Assembly: GCF_009914755.1 (NCBI RefSeq)
Contig: NC_060928.1
Source of the DNA: the human T2T-CHM13v2.0 reference genome, Homo sapiens
Length of the DNA: 64,000 bases
Direction: 5' to 3' (one strand)
Shown here: positions 56,231 to 64,000 of the stretch, piece by piece
Layout: each line of letters begins with the position of its first letter
Position numbering within the stretch: the stretch's first letter is position 1
Program-made: the position numbers and the translations under genes
Notes under the pieces: model-generated
Told to the model about the DNA's origin: nothing
The model's database searches: none
What the model saw: only the letters and a program-made list of their open reading frames with translations

Positions 56231-59200
56231 AAAACAAGAGGTGGTTGGTTAAAATACTTAAAAGGAAGGGTAGATGTTCCCTTGTTTTTCTCTCTTGGCT
56301 ATTTTCCTTCCTGCTGCCTGGAATTCAAAAATGATAGGTGGGGATTTAGCAGCCAAACTAGAGCCTCTTCTAAAGTATAGCAGAACAGAGAGCTGGAAGG
56401 TTCCTGCGTCCCTAATGAATTTGGCAAGTATCTGTACTAGCCATGGTAGGTAGAACTATAGATTTAAGTGAGGGAGAAACAAACTTCTGCCTTCTTTAAG
56501 CCACTTTGTTCAGACTTAATTTTATATATATAGAGAGAACACATGCTCCTTTATGAGTAGGAAAAATGTTTATGTCATATGGTCCATGATGGGTGTTCAG
56601 CAATGTAGGATGAGACTGATTATGATGACAATGGTGACAAATAGCATGAAATAATAAGCAAGTAAAAAAAGGTGGCCTAATAGTTGTGTATGGTTACTTT
56701 ATTTAAAGATTCTGCTGCTAATATCATTCAATGTATTTGTATGCTGGTGGGAGTTTTATTCGATGTAGACTAAGAAAGTTTATATTATTTAATGAAAAAT
56801 ACTTGACCAATTTTTTTAAAAAAATAAAAATATCATGAGATGGAACTAAGCATCTGTATTGCAAAGTAACTCTCCCAGTTGATTTTCTGCATAGTAATGA
56901 TTGAGAATCCCCTGATCTAGATCCAATAGATCTCGAACTTTATAGGTGCTATCAAGGAAGCACCTAAGGAAGACAATTTTCCTGACTATATCCATACCTC
57001 CAGTTAGTAATAGATCTAGAGATCTAGAACCCAAATCCAGACCTCCTGCCTCCATGTGCGGTGGTCTTTCGCTGTTGTTTTGTTCCACTTGGTGAAGAGG
57101 ATTTGAGAATAAATAGCCACATGATTCAACTCCCTCCTCAGTTCTGAGTAATATAGCCTTGTCCTAGCAAGAAAGAAGTTCATATTGTCGTGGATGAGGC
57201 AAATATACATTCACTAATCTAACATACAAGGCAGTAAGTACTGTAACATAAACAAAGCACTTTGGACTTTCAGACCAGGAGCAAGTGGGGTGATTAATTC
57301 TTAGCAGGGCTAGTAAAGTCTGGGAAGTGTTCACTAACACAATGTCTGGTCATTAATGAAACCAACTGGTTTCTCAAAACAGTCTAATTTATTGTAACAA
57401 TATAAATGGTTGTTTGTTCATAAACTTTCATCTTTTGCCAAAATGTTTGTAGCTTATGTCCCCATTTAACAAGGTTTTCTGGCCAAAACTGTGCACCCAC
57501 ATCATTCTAATGACCTGGCTGTCCAATAAAAAAAGGACTCTCAGTCTTCCCATAAAAGCAATTTTGCATGCATAGAACACCTCTATCTATGAATATCCCT
57601 AATGAGGTACAGAAAGACTCTTGTTATCCAAACAGAGACATTCCACTGGTGCTAGACAGCCACAGATGGAAGTTTTCTCTGCCTCCTGGAAATGAAGACA
57701 AACTTTTTTCTTTCTTCAGCCGTGAGGATTGCTGTCCTCCTCTTCGCCATTTTCTTCTTTATGAGCCAAGTTCTACCAGGTAACAAAATAAACTTGGTAA
57801 GAGTAGAGTGCCTAACACCTTACAGGGATTCAATACTCAAAGAGAAATCACCATCAACTATGACCAGAAAAGAGGGTCTCATAGGAAATCTGGAAGACTC
57901 ATTGGCTGAGAGGCCTGCGGCCATCTAATTCGTTAATTCTCCATAGCAACTCAGTTAAATGAAGTCAATGGTGTTTCAAGTCTTTGAAACCCTCTTATTC
58001 CATCTCCAAATTAGGCAAGTTTACTAGCAGTTACTAGACATCAAAAATTAAAAATCAGGCATTATTCTACTAAATATTGGTCTCCAAAGCTCCTCTAGTT
58101 TCTTTCAGCAACAGTTAGTTATCCTAAGAACTGGCATAAGAGCTATGCCAAAGCTGTGGTAGGCTCAGACAGAAGGGATTGGTGGAAGAAGTCTTTTTGA
58201 AAATATTATTATAATCTAAGAAATCTTTAACCTATTGCTCCCCAATACTGTTGGTCCCTGGGGCTTGACATTTCCCCTTAAGGCTCCATCTCCATCCCTG
58301 GCTTTCCCTCTTCCTTCTCAGCATCTAGTCTTGTAATGTAGAATTTAAACACAGGAAGCAGGGATGACCCCACACCGGAGCATAGCCTACTGCATTCAGC
58401 ATGCGAACATTAATCACAGGTATAAGGCCCCTTGCACAGACATGCTTTGGAGAAGTGTGTAAAGGACTTCTTGGATTTGCCCAAGGTGGTTACCAGACAC
58501 CCAAAGTAGATTCGAAAATTTTCTGGAACTCCTGAACATGTGTATTCAAGGATGAATAAGCAACTTATTGCCTCTATTTTTGCTGTTTTATAGAGAAAAA
58601 AATTAAGGCCCTGGAAACTGAAGTGCTTTTCCCAACAGTGGGGTAAATGTCAGAGTCAATGCTTTGTTTTAATATCCTGGCTTTCCCTATACATCCCACC
58701 CTAGAGTTCTGTTGTGCTGTTCCTTTGTATGACTTTCTAAAGCCTGAAAAAAGGTGATACCATATCCAATTATATTAACTCGGTAGCACACAACATCGGG
58801 GACTGACATAAGATTATTATCCTTGTGGTATTACTGAAGTCCTGTCTCACTAGTACTTGTTAAATAGTCACCCTGGCTAAATACATGGCTTTGATTTTTT
58901 TTAATCAGTTAAAAATATTTTAAAATATGTGTCCTACATATATAACCCCAGAAAATCAATGCTTTTAATCAAGGTTTAAAAATTCCAAATTTGGATAAAA
59001 AAATTTGTTTTGTTTTGTTTTCACTGTCACTCAATCAAAATAGAAGCAACTAATTGGATAGAACAGCACAGGCAGAAGCATTACTCACAGTCAAAAATGG
59101 GATGCAACAAGACTGGAGAAGAAAACACAGGGTGGTGCTAAAGAATGCAGCCTTATGAAAGGTGGCATCTCCTCTGGATGTCCTTAGGTAGACATTGAAG

Positions 59201-59619
59201 AAGAACTACCAACTTTTTGTAGAAGGCTAGAGAAGAGAGGAGGACACAGAGAGAGGGCAAGAGTGGAAAATAGAATGAGGCTCAGAATACCAAACCTTAG
59301 TGCTGTCCCTATCATCTGCCTCACTCGATCACTGGGTAATCTTGGGCAAGTTTCTTCCTTTCCATCAGCTTATTCCCTCATCTTTAAGGTAAGTGACAAG
59401 ACGAGACAGCCTATGTTCATTGTAACTCTAGCTTTTGTTCCTAAAGCAAATGGCTGGAAAAGACATAGTGTCCACAATATGCAATACACAAGGTTTACAA
59501 GCAAAGAACAAATGAAAACGAAAGATTTTTAAAATCCCTAATGTTACTTGAATTCTTACAAATGAACAATGGTACATCATAATTTTAAAAAGTCTTTTGT
59601 AATTTCAATTTTTAAAAAT

Positions 59620-60185
59620 AATTTCAACCTTTATTTTAGATTCAGGGAGCGCATGTGCAGATTTGTTACATGGGTATATTGTGTGATATTGAGGTTTGGG
59701 GTATGAATAACTCTGTCACGTAAGTAGGGTGTACCCAAAGGGTAGCTTTTCAGACTTTACTCCCTCTTCCTCCCCTCCTGGTAAGACCCAATCTCTCTTG
59801 TTCCCATTTTTATGTCCATGTGCACTCATTGCTCGGCCCCCCCTTACAACTGAGAATATGTGGTATTTGGCTTCCTGTTCCTGAGCTAATTTGCTTAGAA
59901 TAAAGTCCTCCAGCTGCATCCATGTTGCTGAAAAGGACACAATTTTGTTCTTTTTATGGCCACATAGTATTCCGTGACATATATGTACTACATTTTCTTT
60001 ATTCAATCCACTGTTGATGAACACCTAGTTTGATTCCATACCTTTGCTGCTGTGAATACCACTGTGATGAACATACAGATTTAGGTCTTTTTACAAGACT
60101 GATTTATTTTCCTTTGGATATACACCCAGTAGTGTGATTACTGGGTCAAATGGTTGTTCTGTATTAAGTTTCTTGAAAAGTGGTT
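59620..60185 (-). mobile_element. L1 3' end fragment (L1PB-like) in the defensin intron
   Basis: ttttattttagattcaggg..catgtgcagatttgttacatgggtata, ccagctgcatccatgttgc, ggatatacacccagtagtg. Confidence 0.85.
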
Positions 60186-61464
60186 TGAAAATATAATGCT
60201 CAATAGAATCAGGTATAGTAAAATAGTACACATGATTCAAAGACTGTGAACTGAGAGTAACAACAAATTTCCACACAAACATATTGCAAGTTAGAAAATA
60301 GCTGTATTTTAATCAATTATTCCACAATCATTTACTGAATAGCTATTATAAGCTAAGACTTTAATCAGATTCTGGAATATACATACAGAGGAGAATAAGG
60401 TATGATTCCTGTCCTCAAGAAATTCATTATCAAGAATTGAGGTCAGATGGGAAAACACCACCCGTGGTAGAATGCAAGAAGTACTACCACAGAGGGATGT
60501 TCAAGAGTGATTTATCACATATCACAAGACAGGTCAGTGGTTCTTCCTCTACACTATACTAATCTCTTATGACTCTTCCAGCTGCAAAGGGCCAATTTTA
60601 GCACAAGGCCAGTGGGCTTGGGTACTACTATACGTAGTAGCTGACTACTTACAGATAAAAGGAAGAGATGGAAAGCTCAGAGATCAAAAAACTCAGATTT
60701 CTGCCTGTTTCTACCAAGTGGTCAACCTTGACAATTACCACTGTCTTCAGAAAAGCATGACCTTTATTTCCCAATTTGCATTATAGATATAAACATGATG
60801 TTGCATATATTTGGTCTTCACATCAATCCACTAACCGCTTTGTGATCATTGAAAAGTTAAATGGAATCTAATACATTTGGATTTCAGTTCAATTAAAGAG
60901 GCATTTATTGAATGTTTATTAAAATTGCTGTACTGATTGAAATCTATTCTAGAATTGGCTTTTGTGTTCCAGAATAGAAAAAAAAAAAAGTGCTGGTTTT
61001 TATACCTCTCTTATTGCCAAGAAGTTATCATGGAAAAGGTGCTCTGTGTTACATACAAAGACTGCTCAGCATTAAAACACTTTTCAAACTAAATACCTCA
61101 GTGTGTGTGGCCTATCCCCAGAGCAGTGATATCTTAGGACATAAATGAAATACTATTCAATGTTTTCAACAAGTATAGTTTTTGAGCCTTTAAGAAGACC
61201 TTGAATGTTTCACTCTTAATATATGCAATGGTTTCTAGAGAAAAATTGCAACCTCAAAGACCAGTGCCAGAGATATAAGTAATGAGTGAAGTCTCAGTGT
61301 GTAAAAAGTACTGGCACAGATATATTTGTGTATTAAACACATAGGAATATTGTTCCCTTCCACAGGAAAAATATCCTCTCTAACAATTAAAGTATATTAT
61401 CTTTTAGGTCTATATTTCAGTTCTACTTTTGAAAGATAACATCTATTATAATCTATCATATAGA

Positions 61465-61488
61465 GTGTGTGTGTGTGTGTGTGTGTGT
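61465..61488. repeat. (GT)12 microsatellite
   Basis: Read directly. Confidence 0.95.
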
Positions 61489-61777
61489 AGGAATAAAAAC
61501 AGATGAGCCAAAAGAGATTTTCTTCTCTTTCACTCCAGGAAAATCCATAGTACAAGACATATTTTTTTAAAAGGCTGAAATCTCCCATCAGTGTTAGAAG
61601 ATAATAAGGTGAAATAAACTGAAACTTGCATGCTCTAGAACTTGTAAAGGGGAGCGGGCTACTCACCTCCAGCCTTTTGTCATGTAGGTGCACCCAATAG
61701 TCTCAGATTTTTCAAGAACACCAAAAAATTCAAATTTTTGTGTGGCAGCAGATTTTTAAGTGTTTAAGAAATCAAAT

Positions 61778-61805
61778 CACACACACACACACACACACAC
61801 ACACA
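61778..61805. repeat. (CA)14 microsatellite
   Basis: Read directly. Confidence 0.95.
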
Positions 61806-62247
61806 AATCAACACAAGGTTATTTTCAGGCACTGCCCCCTACGTCCATGTAATTCAATACAAAGTAAAGAAAGACCAATGAATGGTTACAATAACCCTCT
61901 TCTGCATGTGGCCAGGGGCAAATTCAAGGAGATCTGTGAACGTCCAAATGGCTCCTGTCGAGACTTTTGCCTCGAAACAGAAATCCATGTTGGGAGATGT
62001 TTAAATAGCCGACCCTGCTGCCTGCCTCTGGGGCATCAACCAAGAATTGAGAGCACTACACCCAAAAAGGACTGAAGCCTCTTGTTTTCTGGAGGTTTTA
62101 TGTTTTCTTTTTTCTCTCTCCCTCTCCCTGTCTCCCTGTCTCCCTTTCCCTCTCTCCATTTTTCTCACAGGGATTTTTATTGAATCCTTAAAAAAGAATA
62201 AACCAAAACCAACCAGCACAAAACCTCTTTTAAAAGTTTATATTACT

Positions 62248-62656
<409 letters not shown>

Positions 62657-63019
62657 TCAACCATACCTATTGATTTGTCTAGCACTGTAACCCTTCACCC
62701 TGCATGTGGGAAGACAACTCCGCTTTCTTACTGGGAAAATGCGCCATCCTATTCCATGCAGCCTTGCAGGGGTCTGTCTCTCCCTGATAAAGGTGCAGCA
62801 CATGGGAAAATTGCACAATCACATCAAACAGACTTCACCAGAAATCTAAATTATAAAAAGAGTTGCACTCATATTAAAGGCAATTTCTTCACCACCCTTT
62901 CCAGAGGCAATTCCCTGGGTCTGTACATGTATGCCTGGCCAAGATTCAGGGAATTCCTTTAGTTCCCAGCTTTCACTGGGCATAATCATTCAGCATTTTC
63001 TTCCATCTTTTAAAACACT

Positions 63020-63531
63020 GCATTGGCTTCCTACGGCTGCTATCACAAATTACAACAAACTTAGTGGCTTAAAGCAACACAAATGCATTATCTGACAGTT
63101 CTATAGGCTGCAGGTTTCAGATGGATCTCAGTGGGCCAACATCAAGGTGTCAGCAGGGCTGAGCTTTCTTCTGGAAGCTCTGCAGTTTTCTTCCTGCACC
63201 TTTATCCCAGCAATGGCAGGTTACTCCTGGGCACCATAGCTTCCTTCATCCATTTTCAAAGCCAGCAACGGAGCGTTGAGTCCTCACATTCCATCATTCT
63301 GAATTCATCTTCTCCCAACTCTTCCATTTTTTAGGACTCATGATTAGGTTGGGCCCCCCTGGATAATCTAAGATAATCTCCCTATTTTAAGGTCAGCTGA
63401 TTAACAGCCTTAATTTCACATGAAACCTCAATTCCCCTTTGCCTTACAAGGTGGCACATCCACAGGACCCAGGAGTTAGAAAGTGGATAGCTTTGGCGGG
63501 AGACAGAGGGGACATTATTCTCCCTACAACA
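63020..63531 (-). mobile_element. MLT1-type MaLR LTR
   Basis: acaaacttagtggcttaaagcaacac, atcaaggtgtcagcagggctg, ggataatctaagataatctccctatttt. Confidence 0.75.
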
Positions 63532-64000
63532 GCCACTGAGTGCTTTTACCACCTGTCACAATTTTGCTCCATTTAGACACATCTTTGGTGGCTTTGTGTG
63601 AGGAGAATCTCATTCATAGAGTTTTCTTTTTTGTGTAAAGTAGTGGGGGGCCTCCCCTTGGTCATTGAAAGAGTATAGAATCAAGATATTTAAAAGTATA
63701 TTAGCTGGATTTTATTTTTCACTATGCCTGATTTGACCAAGAAACAATGTTAAGTTATGTCACATGGGCTACTTGAAATCTCAAAAAGTTCAAAACATTG
63801 GGTTCAAAATCTCAGAGATTGAGATATATTCCAACCAACTCAACCCTGTGGAAGTGCCAAGGTTTCCTCAGTGCCACGCTTGAAACTACATCACCAACTG
63901 ACCCTTTAATGTATTTTTGCACTATATAACATTTATTTCTTAGAGTAAGTCCTTCCCTAGAAAAGAAGCAGTTTGGACACATATATTATTAAAGCCGTCA

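Larger units (their letters stand above)
57722..62075 (+). pseudogene. DEFB108: Beta-defensin 108 copy (DEFB108F-like). Exon 1 57722-57779, exon 2 61912-62075; start codon is GTG and the intron acceptor is GG
   Basis: (V)RIAVLLFAIFFFMSQVLP|[54 protein letters not shown] with the intact six-Cys motif. gcc-GTG at the expected ATG; tgcatgtGG|cc at the expected AG. Confidence 0.88.

Overview
Human-type genomic DNA, most likely the end of the 4p16.1 RS447 macrosatellite and its 8p23-related flank. Locus and repeat-family names come from my recall of known sequences, not from a search. Bases 1-27.6 kb are ~5.8 near-identical tandem units of exactly 4746 bp, each carrying an intronless USP17L deubiquitinase gene: five identical 530-aa copies and a terminal 398-aa truncated copy (USP17L6P-like). 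The array ends by fusing to a strongly diverged paralog of its own spacer. Next come an old L1 with a nested Alu, a decayed Hsmar2 mariner, a ~5.5-kb ancient inverted array of ~1.36-kb units, and a CpG-island promoter (NRF1/ETS) with minus-strand exons that fit a FAM66-like antisense lncRNA. A frameshifted ZNF705 KRAB zinc-finger gene (- strand), LTR/L1/Alu debris including a THE1 LTR with a DUX4-type site, and a DEFB108 beta-defensin copy lacking its start codon and splice acceptor follow. The most novel-looking signals are the ancient inverted array, the diverged RS447 relic, and an overlapping uORF plus strong splice donor/acceptor pair in every RS447 unit.
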